Shown: piece by piece, positions 6,030-12,979 of the stretch
How the letters are laid out: every line of letters starts with the position of its first letter
Numbering within the stretch: position 1 is the stretch's first letter
Source: an uncultured Gammaproteobacteria bacterium
GTDB lineage: Bacteria; Patescibacteriota; Patescibacteriia; Patescibacteriales; WJLG01
Direction: 5' to 3'
Assembly: GCA_964486475.1 (NCBI GenBank)
Contig: CAZALZ010000013.1
Location: 1-29,596, forward strand
DNA length: 29,596 nucleotides
Position numbers and translations under genes: made by a program
The notes under the pieces: generated by a model
Told to the model about the DNA's origin: nothing
What the model saw: only the letters and a program-made list of their open reading frames with translations
Database searches by the model: none

Positions 6030-8402
6030 TTATTTTTTTCTCTTTTCAACCTTCAGCACATTCATCGTTGTATCAATCACGGTATCAGGGATTAGAGAAA
6101 TGGAATCGATTTTTTCTTTGACCAGAAATTCCACGAAATCCGGGAAGTCGGACGGAGCTTGTCCGCAAATGCCGACTTTAGTTTTGGTCTTCTTGGCGAT
6201 GCGGATCAGCTCTTTTATTAAAACCTTAACGGCATCATTTTTTTCATTGGAAATTCCAGCCACGCCGAGCATGCTGCCGGAATCGCGATCAATTCCAAGA
6301 GTAAGCTGAGTTAAATCATTGGAACCGATAGAAAAGCCGTCAAATTCTTCAGCGAATTGGTCGGCTAAAATTATATTTGCCGGAATTTCGGCCATGACGT
6401 AAATTTGCAAACCGTCTTTGCCGCGTATCAAGCCGCGTTTAGCCATAAGTGCTTTTACTTTTTGGCCTTCTTCTACCGTGCGGCAGAAGGGGATCATTAT
6501 TTTTAAATTTTTCAGCCCCATTTCTTGGCGGACTTTTTTCATGGCTTGGCATTCCAAATCAAAAGCCGGGATGAATTTTGGCGTGTAATAACGGTTTGCG
6601 CCGCGCCAGCCGATCATCGGATTGGATTCTTTCGGTTCGTATTGCGCGCCGCCGATTAGGTTGGCGTATTCGTTGGTTTTAAAATCCGACAGACGGATGA
6701 TGCAATCTTTAGGATAAACCGAAGCGGCGATCATGGCTACGCCTTCGGCCATTTTTTCCACGAAAAATTGTTTCTTGTCTTTGTGGCCGATTGTAATTTT
6801 ATCTATTTGCGCTTTAATCGTCGCCGGCTGTTTGGCGTAATTTATCAAGGCCAGCGGATGGATTTTGATATAGTTGTTGATGATAAATTCCAAACGCGCC
6901 AAACCGATGCCATCATTCGGGACAAAGGAAGTGGCAAGCGCCATATCCGGTTCGCCGACATTCATCATTATTTTTGTTTTAGGCCGTTTTAGATTTTTAA
7001 TGTTTGATTTGATTATTTTAAAAGGTAATATTCCTTTATAAACAAAACCGTTTTCTCCCTCGGCGCAAGAAACTGTTACGCTTTGCCCGCTGGAAAGCTT
7101 GGTAGAGGCGTTATTGGCTCCGACCACGCAAGGTATCCCGAGCTCGCGCGAAACGATCGCGGCATGGCAAGTCCGCCCGCCTTTATCAGTAATGATGGCT
7201 GAAGCTATTTTCATAATCGGCTCCCAATCCGGATCAGTCATGTCGGTTACTAAAACTTGTCCCGGCTTAAATGATTTTATTCCAGAAACTTCCATAATGC
7301 GGTTAACAATACCGGCGCCGACTTTATTACCGACCGACTGGCCGCTAACCAAAATTTCGCTGCGCTTGTTGATTTTGTATTTTTCCACGATATTGTAATC
7401 GCGCTGGCTTTGCACGGTTTCCGGTCTGGCTTGGATGATATAAAGTTTGCGGGTGCGGCCGTCCATAGCCCATTCCATATCCATTGGTTTATTGTAATGT
7501 TTTTCGATCTCTATTGCCCAATCTGCCAATTTTAAAGCTTCGGCATCGGTGATGGATTGTTTAATGCGTTCTTCCGCCGGAACGGAAATATTTTTAACAG
7601 GGTTGTCGCGGCTGTTATTATATATCATTCTTAGATCTTTTTTCCCGATTTTTTTAGAAATAATGGCGCGCGTCGGCTTGAAGACTAAAAATTCATCAGG
7701 ATTAACTCGTCCTTGCACGATATTTTCACCCAAACCGTAGATGGAGTGGACTAAAACCGTATTTTTAAAGCCGGACTCGGTGTCAATGGAAAACATTACC
7801 CCGGAACAGCCCGTATCCGCGCGGACCATAGTTTGCACGCCGACCGATAAAGCTATTTTAAAATGATCAAAACCTTTGTCGGCGCGATAGGAAATGGCGC
7901 GGTTGGTGAAAAGAGATGCAATGCATTCCTTGACCGCCTCCAAGAGCTGGCGCTCGCCGCGGATATTTAAAAAAGTTTCCTGCTGGCCGGCGAACGAAGC
8001 GTCCGGCAAATCTTCGGCCGTAGCCGAGGAGCGGACAGCTACATCCAAAACGCTGCGTTTTTCTGATTTGCAAAGTTTTTTGTAAGAAGAAACAATCTCT
8101 TTTTTTAATCCTTCCGGCAACTCCGCTTTTAAAATGGCGGCGCGGACTTTTTTGCCGTGATCCATTAGATTGGTTACGTTTTTCGTGTTTAAAGTTTTTA
8201 GAATTTTTTTAATATCCGTTTTTAAGCCGGTTTCCTCCATAAAAAAATTATAAGCTTCGGCCGTGGTGGCGAAGCCGTTGGGAACAGCGATTTTTTTCTT
8301 GGCTAACAAAGAATACATTTCTCCCAGAGAGGCGTTTTTCCCTCCAACCTGCGGCACGTCTTTAATGCGAAGCTCGCTAAAAAATTTAATGAATTTAGAC
8401 AT
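6030..8402 (-). CDS. ppsA: phosphoenolpyruvate synthase (pyruvate, water dikinase)
   Basis: 790 aa. N-terminus VGGKNASLGEM, phosphohistidine swivel motif GGRTCHAAIVSRELGIPCVVG, C-terminal PEP-utilising TIM-barrel motifs (FSIGSNDLTQ). Confidence 0.93.
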   Translation of the reverse strand: MSKFIKFFSELRIKDVPQVGGKNASLGEMYSLLAKKKIAVPNGFATTAEAYNFFMEETGLKTDIKKILKTLNTKNVTNLMDHGKKVRAAILKAELPEGLKKEIVSSYKKLCKSEKRSVLDVAVRSSATAEDLPDASFAGQQETFLNIRGERQLLEAVKECIASLFTNRAISYRADKGFDHFKIALSVGVQTMVRADTGCSGVMFSIDTESGFKNTVLVHSIYGLGENIVQGRVNPDEFLVFKPTRAIISKKIGKKDLRMIYNNSRDNPVKNISVPAEERIKQSITDAEALKLADWAIEIEKHYNKPMDMEWAMDGRTRKLYIIQARPETVQSQRDYNIVEKYKINKRSEILVSGQSVGNKVGAGIVNRIMEVSGIKSFKPGQVLVTDMTDPDWEPIMKIASAIITDKGGRTCHAAIVSRELGIPCVVGANNASTKLSSGQSVTVSCAEGENGFVYKGILPFKIIKSNIKNLKRPKTKIMMNVGEPDMALATSFVPNDGIGLARLEFIINNYIKIHPLALINYAKQPATIKAQIDKITIGHKDKKQFFVEKMAEGVAMIAASVYPKDCIIRLSDFKTNEYANLIGGAQYEPKESNPMIGWRGANRYYTPKFIPAFDLECQAMKKVRQEMGLKNLKIMIPFCRTVEEGQKVKALMAKRGLIRGKDGLQIYVMAEIPANIILADQFAEEFDGFSIGSNDLTQLTLGIDRDSGSMLGVAGISNEKNDAVKVLIKELIRIAKKTKTKVGICGQAPSDFPDFVEFLVKEKIDSISLIPDTVIDTTMNVLKVEKRKK

Positions 8403-8410
8403 AAGTAAAG

Positions 8411-8469
8411 GTAATATGCAGCAAGTAGTATGTAGTATGGGACGCCATACCGCACAAACTATTCCACTG
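8411..8469. repeat. heptad-repeat hairpin element, copy E1 (between the DUF4870-like gene stop and the ppsA start)
   Basis: GTAATATG-CAGCAAG-TAGTATG-TAGTATG-G-gacg-CCATAC-CGCACAAACTATTCCACTG. The core stem is GTATGG/CCATAC. Its left arm is close to copy E4 (ATGCAGCA.G.TAGTATG). Confidence 0.6.
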
Positions 8470-8475
8470 TTTATA

Positions 8476-8796
8476 TTATATTTTTATTTTTTTGCTCCAA
8501 TCGTTAATATAGGGGACTTCCCAGTATTCGCCGGCCAAGACTTTTAATATTCCTATGACCGAAACGATCAAAACAGCCAATCCAATTATTTGTCCAAAAA
8601 AAGGGAACCAGGAAACAAGACTTATAATAAAAAGCACCAATCCTTGTTTGGCGTGGAATTGGCAGAATTTGGAATCTTTTTTTGTTAAAAGCGGAATCAG
8701 AAACAATATCCAAACATAAGAAAGAGCGGCGGAGTGTTTGTTGTTTTCCGCGTCTTTTTTTTCCATAGCAGATAAAACTTTTTTTTCTCTGGGCAT
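8476..8796 (-). CDS. small membrane protein, DUF4870-like
   Basis: MPREKK...AALSYVWILFLIPLL...FHAKQGLVLFIISLV... has two or three TM segments and the HAKQ motif typical of that family. Start moved to ATG 8796 because the track start (8880) overlaps tRNA-Leu. Confidence 0.6.
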   Translation of the reverse strand: MPREKKVLSAMEKKDAENNKHSAALSYVWILFLIPLLTKKDSKFCQFHAKQGLVLFIISLVSWFPFFGQIIGLAVLIVSVIGILKVLAGEYWEVPYINDWSKKIKI

Positions 8797-8811
8797 AGAA
8801 TTGATTTTTAG

Positions 8812-8840
8812 TTGATTATTTGTTATCTTTATATTACTAT
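8812..8840 (+). promoter_or_regulatory. candidate promoter for tRNA-Leu (TTGATT-17 nt-TACTAT)
   Basis: The -35 is at 8812-8817 and the -10 at 8835-8840, 10 nt before the tRNA 5' end. Confidence 0.4.
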
Positions 8841-8850
8841 AGCATAAATT

Positions 8851-8932
8851 GCGGACGTGGTGAAATTGGTATACACGCATGCCTTAGGAGCATGTGGGGC
8901 AACCCATGAGAGTTCAAGTCTCTCCGTCCGCA
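8851..8932 (+). tRNA. tRNA-Leu (anticodon UAG), long variable arm
   Basis: Acceptor GCGGACG/CGTCCGC. D arm GTG..CAC. Anticodon stem CATGC/GCATG with loop CTTAGGA gives TAG. Variable arm TGGGGCAACCCATGA. T arm GAGAG-TTCAAGT-CTCTC. Discriminator A; only CC follows, so the CCA is not fully encoded. Confidence 0.9.
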
Positions 8933-8989
8933 CCGTTCCTGAATATAATTTTGTACTATAACAATTTAACTTTTTAGGAGGGATAGATA

Positions 8990-9736
8990 ATGGAAAGAGA
9001 ATTTTTGATTCACGGAGAAAATTGTTTTACCGAAACAGAACTTTCGAAGTTCGTGATTGTTAATAATCGTTTAAGTTTTTCAGAGGCCAACAGTTATCGC
9101 AGTAATTCATTTAGGGAGTATGTTTTGAGCGATGAAATTTTAAAAATTCTTCGCGAAAAAAATATTGAACCAAGAAAGGCAGATAGTGAAAACGCTTATG
9201 CTATTAGCGACAATAACCCGGGAGAAGCGGGAAGCAATTGGTTTTTTTATCTGGATCAGTATAAAAAAGGGACATTTGACTTGCGGGTTTCTCTAAGCTT
9301 TTCCGTCGAGATAAAAATTAGAAAGAGAGGCATGGTATTTTATCCGCACGCAGAAGCGTGTAGTTCTAACTGTACTTGCGTCTCTCCGAACAGCCGGTCG
9401 GCAAATTTTCGGATGTTTAAAACCTTAATTGACAATAACGCCGATGATGTTCCTGAGATTGCCAAAAGAATGGCTGCCAGTCCTGACGGACAAGTGGTCG
9501 TTAATTGGACGGAATTAGGTCTCGGCGGATTGAGAACACTAAAAGATATATTCTACAATGAATTTGCAAAGGGGAATGAAGCGGTACAAAAACTTACAAA
9601 AGAAACCATCTTTTTTCCAAATCCTTATAACGATTCACGGTACATAACTGAACAGGTACAGTCGATATTGTTTGATGTTTGGGAAGAACAACTTAAAGAA
9701 TATCGAAATAAACTCTATTCTAACTTTGAAGAATGA
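8990..9736 (+). CDS. hypothetical protein (248 aa), no recognised family
   Basis: Strong SD (AGGAGG about 8 nt upstream) and its own terminator. No recognised motif. Cys cluster HAEACSSNCTC. More AT-rich than the flanking tyrS. Confidence 0.7.
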   Translation: MEREFLIHGENCFTETELSKFVIVNNRLSFSEANSYRSNSFREYVLSDEILKILREKNIEPRKADSENAYAISDNNPGEAGSNWFFYLDQYKKGTFDLRVSLSFSVEIKIRKRGMVFYPHAEACSSNCTCVSPNSRSANFRMFKTLIDNNADDVPEIAKRMAASPDGQVVVNWTELGLGGLRTLKDIFYNEFAKGNEAVQKLTKETIFFPNPYNDSRYITEQVQSILFDVWEEQLKEYRNKLYSNFEE

Positions 9737-9752
9737 TATTCGAGATATTAGC

Positions 9753-9785
9753 AAGCCAGCCAGCAACACATGCTGGCTTTTTAAT
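9753..9785 (+). terminator. rho-independent terminator
   Basis: AAGCCAGC-cagcaacacat-GCTGGCTT followed by TTTTAATTTTT. Confidence 0.7.
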
Positions 9786-9790
9786 TTTTC

Positions 9791-9819
9791 TTGATTTTTT
9801 ATAATATTTTAGTTATTAT
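9791..9819 (+). promoter_or_regulatory. candidate promoter for tyrS (TTGATT-17 nt-TATTAT)
   Basis: Hexamers at 9791-9796 and 9814-9819. AT-rich context. Confidence 0.35.
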
Positions 9820-9846
9820 TAAGTAAAATAGTAATAATTAAAATAT

Positions 9847-11061
9847 ATGTCCAAAGTAATTATTGACAAAGAACTAATTGAAAAATTTTTAACTCGTGGA
9901 GTTGAAGCCGTCTACCCGACAACCGACGAATTAAGGGAAAAATTAATGTCCGGCGAACGTTTACGCGTCTACCAGGGTTTTGATCCGACCGGAAAATATC
10001 TACATGTCGGGCACGCCATGGGAATCCGCGCCTTGCGCATTCTCCAGCAACTCGGACACGAAGTGATATTTTTGGTCGGAGATTACACGGCGCGCATCGG
10101 CGACCCGGACAAAGATACCGGCCGCGAAATGTTGACCGAAAAAGAGATCAAAGAAAATCTGGCCGGCTGGAAAGAACAAGCCGCCCAGATGATTGATTTC
10201 GAAGGCGACAATCCGGTGCGTTTTGCTTTCAATAACGAATGGCTGTCAAAACTGAATTTAAACGACTTGATAAAACTAATGTCCAAAATGACCGTCCAGC
10301 AGATGCTGGAGCGCGATATGTTTGAGCGCCGGATGAAAAACGGCGACCCGATCGGTTTGCACGAATTTATTTATCCTTTAATGCAAGGCTACGACGGCGT
10401 GGCCATGGAAGTGGATTTGGAAATCGGCGGCGCTGACCAGACTTTCAATATGCTCAAGGGTCGCGAAATCGTTAAATCGTATTTGAATAAAGAAAAATTC
10501 GTCCGCGCCAATAAAATGATGGATGCCCCGGACGGCCGCACCATGTCCAAAACCAAAGGCAACGGCATTAATCTGGGCGATTCTTCCGAAGATATGTACG
10601 GGAAAGCCATGTCTTACGGCGACGATAAAATTCTCATGGGACTGGAATTGATCACTGATGTTCCCATGGACGCCATCGCCGAGATAAAAAAAGATTTGGC
10701 TAACGGTGCCAACCCGATGCAATACAAGAAAATGCTGGCTTTTGAAATAGTCAAATGCATCCGCGGCGACGAAGAAGCGGCCCGCGCGCAAAAGCATTTT
10801 GAAGACACGGTGCAGAACAAAGAATTGCCGGCGGAAATCGCCGAACTGAAAATGAAAGCCGGAAATTATCATTTGGTTGATGTTATGGTTGAAGCCGGAT
10901 TAGCCGCCTCTAAAAGCGAGGCCGGACGTTTAATTGATCAAGGCGGAGTTAAGGTTGATAATAAAAAAGCAACCGACAAGGAATGCGAAGTGGCGGTTTC
11001 CGATAAGGAGGTTCTTATCCAAAAAGGCAAGAGAGGATTTGTAAAAATCGTGAAGAAATAA
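9847..11061 (+). CDS. tyrS: tyrosine--tRNA ligase
   Basis: YQGFDPTGKYLHVGHAMG (HIGH-type motif), KMSKTKGN (KMSKS), C-terminal S4-like domain (SKSEAGRLIDQGGVKVDN). Confidence 0.92.
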   Translation: MSKVIIDKELIEKFLTRGVEAVYPTTDELREKLMSGERLRVYQGFDPTGKYLHVGHAMGIRALRILQQLGHEVIFLVGDYTARIGDPDKDTGREMLTEKEIKENLAGWKEQAAQMIDFEGDNPVRFAFNNEWLSKLNLNDLIKLMSKMTVQQMLERDMFERRMKNGDPIGLHEFIYPLMQGYDGVAMEVDLEIGGADQTFNMLKGREIVKSYLNKEKFVRANKMMDAPDGRTMSKTKGNGINLGDSSEDMYGKAMSYGDDKILMGLELITDVPMDAIAEIKKDLANGANPMQYKKMLAFEIVKCIRGDEEAARAQKHFEDTVQNKELPAEIAELKMKAGNYHLVDVMVEAGLAASKSEAGRLIDQGGVKVDNKKATDKECEVAVSDKEVLIQKGKRGFVKIVKK

Positions 11062-11086
11062 AAATATTCAAAAAATACTTCAGTTT

Positions 11087-11131
11087 AAAACCGTGAATAA
11101 ATAGCCATTTTTTTGGTTCGTTCACGGTTTT
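11087..11131 (+). terminator. probable terminator after tyrS
   Basis: AAAACCGTGAA ... TTCACGGTTTT has 11-bp arms but a long 23-nt loop. The T tract is part of the stem end. Confidence 0.45.
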
Positions 11132-11169
11132 ATTGATAAAAAAAGAGTACGATAAAATCAGCAAAAACC

Positions 11170-11198
11170 TTGACATTGTATTACCATTGTAATACATT
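11170..11198 (+). promoter_or_regulatory. TA-operon promoter with overlapping palindromic operator
   Basis: TTGACA at 11170-11175, a 17-nt spacer, TACATT at 11193-11198. A perfect inverted repeat TGTATTAC-catt-GTAATACA (11177-11196) fills the spacer and the -10. Confidence 0.55.
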
Positions 11199-11227
11199 TA
11201 TTATATAACAAATTAAATTAAAAGAAT

Positions 11228-11455
11228 ATGCGCCAGGTATTAAGTTTGTCTTTGCCGGAACAAATAACCAAAGAAATCAAAGCTAATTCCAAAAAAAGAG
11301 GTTTTAGTTCTGTTTCCGGCTATGTGAAGTATCTTTTTGAGCTTGATAAGGATTTGATTTCTGAAAAAGAACTGTTAAATTCCGTCAATGAAGCCAGAGA
11401 AGAATACAAAAGCGGCAAAACCGTTAAAGCTAAATCAATAGCCGATCTTTTATGA
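11228..11455 (+). CDS. type II antitoxin, ribbon-helix-helix/RelB-like (75 aa)
   Basis: Small ORF whose stop overlaps the toxin start by 4 nt (ATGA). The N-terminal beta-strand-like segment VLSLSLPEQITKEIK is typical of RHH antitoxins. Confidence 0.7.
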   Translation: MRQVLSLSLPEQITKEIKANSKKRGFSSVSGYVKYLFELDKDLISEKELLNSVNEAREEYKSGKTVKAKSIADLL

Positions 11456-11724
11456 TAGTAAAGGAAATTCATTATTCCAAAAAATTCGTAAAAGAAATAA
11501 AAAAACTTCCTAAAGAAGTTTTTATTTTGGCCGTAAATAAAGAAGAAATATTTAAAAATAACCCTCTTCACCCTTCTTTGCGTTTGCATGAATTGCACGG
11601 GAAATTTAAAGGAATCTGGTCCATTTCTTTGACGAATAATTATAGAATAATATTCGAACGAATGCCGAATGGCGATATATTATTCATCTCTGTCGGCAAG
11701 CACGATATTTATAAGTATTTATAA
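11452..11724 (+). CDS. type II toxin, RelE/ParE superfamily (90 aa)
   Basis: LHELHGKFKGIWSISLTNNYRIIFERMPNGDILFISVGKHDIY matches the RelE/ParE core pattern (L-G-x-W-S-x-R/L...YRIIY...I-x-I...H-x-x-Y). Confidence 0.75.
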   Translation: MIVKEIHYSKKFVKEIKKLPKEVFILAVNKEEIFKNNPLHPSLRLHELHGKFKGIWSISLTNNYRIIFERMPNGDILFISVGKHDIYKYL

Positions 11725-12156
11725 TTATTGCACAACTGATTTCAAGATAAAGTGGACGATGGAATAAGAGGCGAAGATGACCACCAGTCCGACAACCGCC
11801 CAAGCCAGAATATTGCGGCCTTTTTCGACTTTGCTGTCATTGCCGGCGGCTAGCATCCAAGTGAAGCCGCCGTAGATAAACATAATTAAGGCTAAGGAGC
11901 CGACAATACCCAGAAGGGCGTCAATGATTTTTCCGATTAAGGTCGGGACGTCGGTGACGCCGGCGTTTTCTAAAGGGTTTTTCAAGCTGACGGTGTCGCT
12001 TGAGCCGGAATTAGTAGTATTATCTCCTGATCCGCTTATTGTCGTTCCGTTGCTTCCTGAACCGCTTATAGTTTCAGCCAGTGTTTTATTCACAGAAAAA
12101 AAGCCCACTGACATTAAAATACATATAAAACATATAAAAGCAAATTGTTTGGCCAT
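11725..12156 (-). CDS. secreted T4SS-pilin-like (TrbC/VirB2-like) protein common in CPR genomes
   Basis: Signal peptide MAKQFAFICFICILMSVGFFSVNKTLA and a Ser/Gly/Thr-rich linker. Then NPL...VPTLIGKIIDALLGIVGSLALIMFIYGGFTWMLAAGNDSKVEKGRNILAWAVVGLVVIFASYSIV, two TM helices in the VirB2-like layout. Start set at ATG 12156 (the track start is a TTG). Confidence 0.7.
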   Translation of the reverse strand: MAKQFAFICFICILMSVGFFSVNKTLAETISGSGSNGTTISGSGDNTTNSGSSDTVSLKNPLENAGVTDVPTLIGKIIDALLGIVGSLALIMFIYGGFTWMLAAGNDSKVEKGRNILAWAVVGLVVIFASYSIVHFILKSVVQ

Positions 12157-12203
12157 AAATAAATTAAGATTAATTCTTATAATATTATTATAATATAATA
12201 AAT

Positions 12204-12234
12204 AAAAAAGGGAAAGAAACAAAGTTCCTTTCCC
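12204..12234 (-). terminator. rho-independent terminator ending the SPFH operon
   Basis: On the minus strand: GGGAAAG-gaactttgttt-CTTTCCC followed by TTTTTTATTTATT, about 20 nt after the stop at 12254. Confidence 0.75.
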
Positions 12235-12253
12235 CGAGTAAAGACAGCGAGTG

Positions 12254-12934
12254 TCAGAGATATTTTACATCTACTAATATGCTGTCCAAGCGGTCTTCTA
12301 ACGCGACCAGCTTGAATTTAACTTGTCGCGACGGCTTGTTGCCGTAGGTTGACTGGTCCCAGGCTTTTATGGTATCACCTGAGCTGTAGACGACCAGCAA
12401 TTTTTCTGACACACAGCGGCTTGTGTTTATGTCGTAATTATATTTCCTTCCTTGTTTGAAGTATAACCATTCACTCTCTCTGTGAGGAGAAAGCGAAATA
12501 AAATATTTTCCTTCTTCGAACCCTTTTTCTGGTATAGAAACTTTTTTTACCGCTCCCCCCCCCAAATCTTCTTTTACAGTCGAAAGGGAAAAATTAGGAA
12601 AAAAGATTTTAACGACAATCATTATTGCCGCCATAGCGATAATGATCCCGTCAAGTCTCGCCACCGTTTCCAGCATTATCTTTCCCTTGTAAATCCCAAA
12701 GAAAGCTAACGAAAGGGAACAGCCAAGAATAACCAAGAAAAAACCGTTTTTCAGCACATTGAACCCGACAAGTTGGGATAGAGTCCAAGTTCCTGCGACA
12801 ATCATAATTAAAGTTAAAATTATCGCCAACAACCAATTTCCTTCTTGAAGGACGGAGCGGACTCTTTCTCCATCCCTTTCCATTGGTTGTTCAACTGCTG
12901 TTTCTCCGAAAATTCTGCGATCGCGTATTGCCAT
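12254..12934 (-). CDS. membrane protein (226 aa): three N-terminal TM helices plus an uncharacterised C-terminal soluble domain; SPFH operon partner
   Basis: SD GGAGA 7 nt upstream. TM segments WLLAIILTLIMIVAGTW, FFLVILGCSLSLAFFGIY, GIIIAMAAIMIVVKIFF. The C-terminal roughly 95 aa look beta-rich, with no recognised motif. Contains a G9 tract. Confidence 0.75.
   Translation of the reverse strand: MAIRDRRIFGETAVEQPMERDGERVRSVLQEGNWLLAIILTLIMIVAGTWTLSQLVGFNVLKNGFFLVILGCSLSLAFFGIYKGKIMLETVARLDGIIIAMAAIMIVVKIFFPNFSLSTVKEDLGGGAVKKVSIPEKGFEEGKYFISLSPHRESEWLYFKQGRKYNYDINTSRCVSEKLLVVYSSGDTIKAWDQSTYGNKPSRQVKFKLVALEDRLDSILVDVKYL
12555..12563 (-). repeat. G9 homopolymer (C9 on the plus strand) inside the 226-aa gene
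   Basis: The coding strand reads GAT TTG GGG GGG GGA GCG GTA AAA AAA (DLGGGAVKK). This is the longest G/C run I found in the window, in an AT-rich genome. Confidence 0.9.
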
Positions 12935-12979
12935 AGATATTCTCCTTTTTTGTGGCAGTTAACCGCGATCGAGATCGCG

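Noticed and set aside
8797-8880. N-terminal extension of the DUF4870-like ORF (track start 8880)
   Set aside because: The extension overlaps the tRNA-Leu gene (8851-8932). The internal ATG at 8796 gives a sensible membrane protein.
10378-10872. 164-aa ORF antisense to tyrS (plus smaller ones at 10389-10610 and 10614-10820)
   Set aside because: It lies entirely inside tyrS on the opposite strand, with no start context and a biased composition typical of shadow ORFs.
12964-12979. CGCGATC-ga-GATCGCG palindrome at the SPFH stop, as a restriction/methylation or regulatory site
   Set aside because: It is a single short occurrence overlapping the gene end. It is most simply an intercistronic hairpin, and nothing links it to an R-M system in this window.
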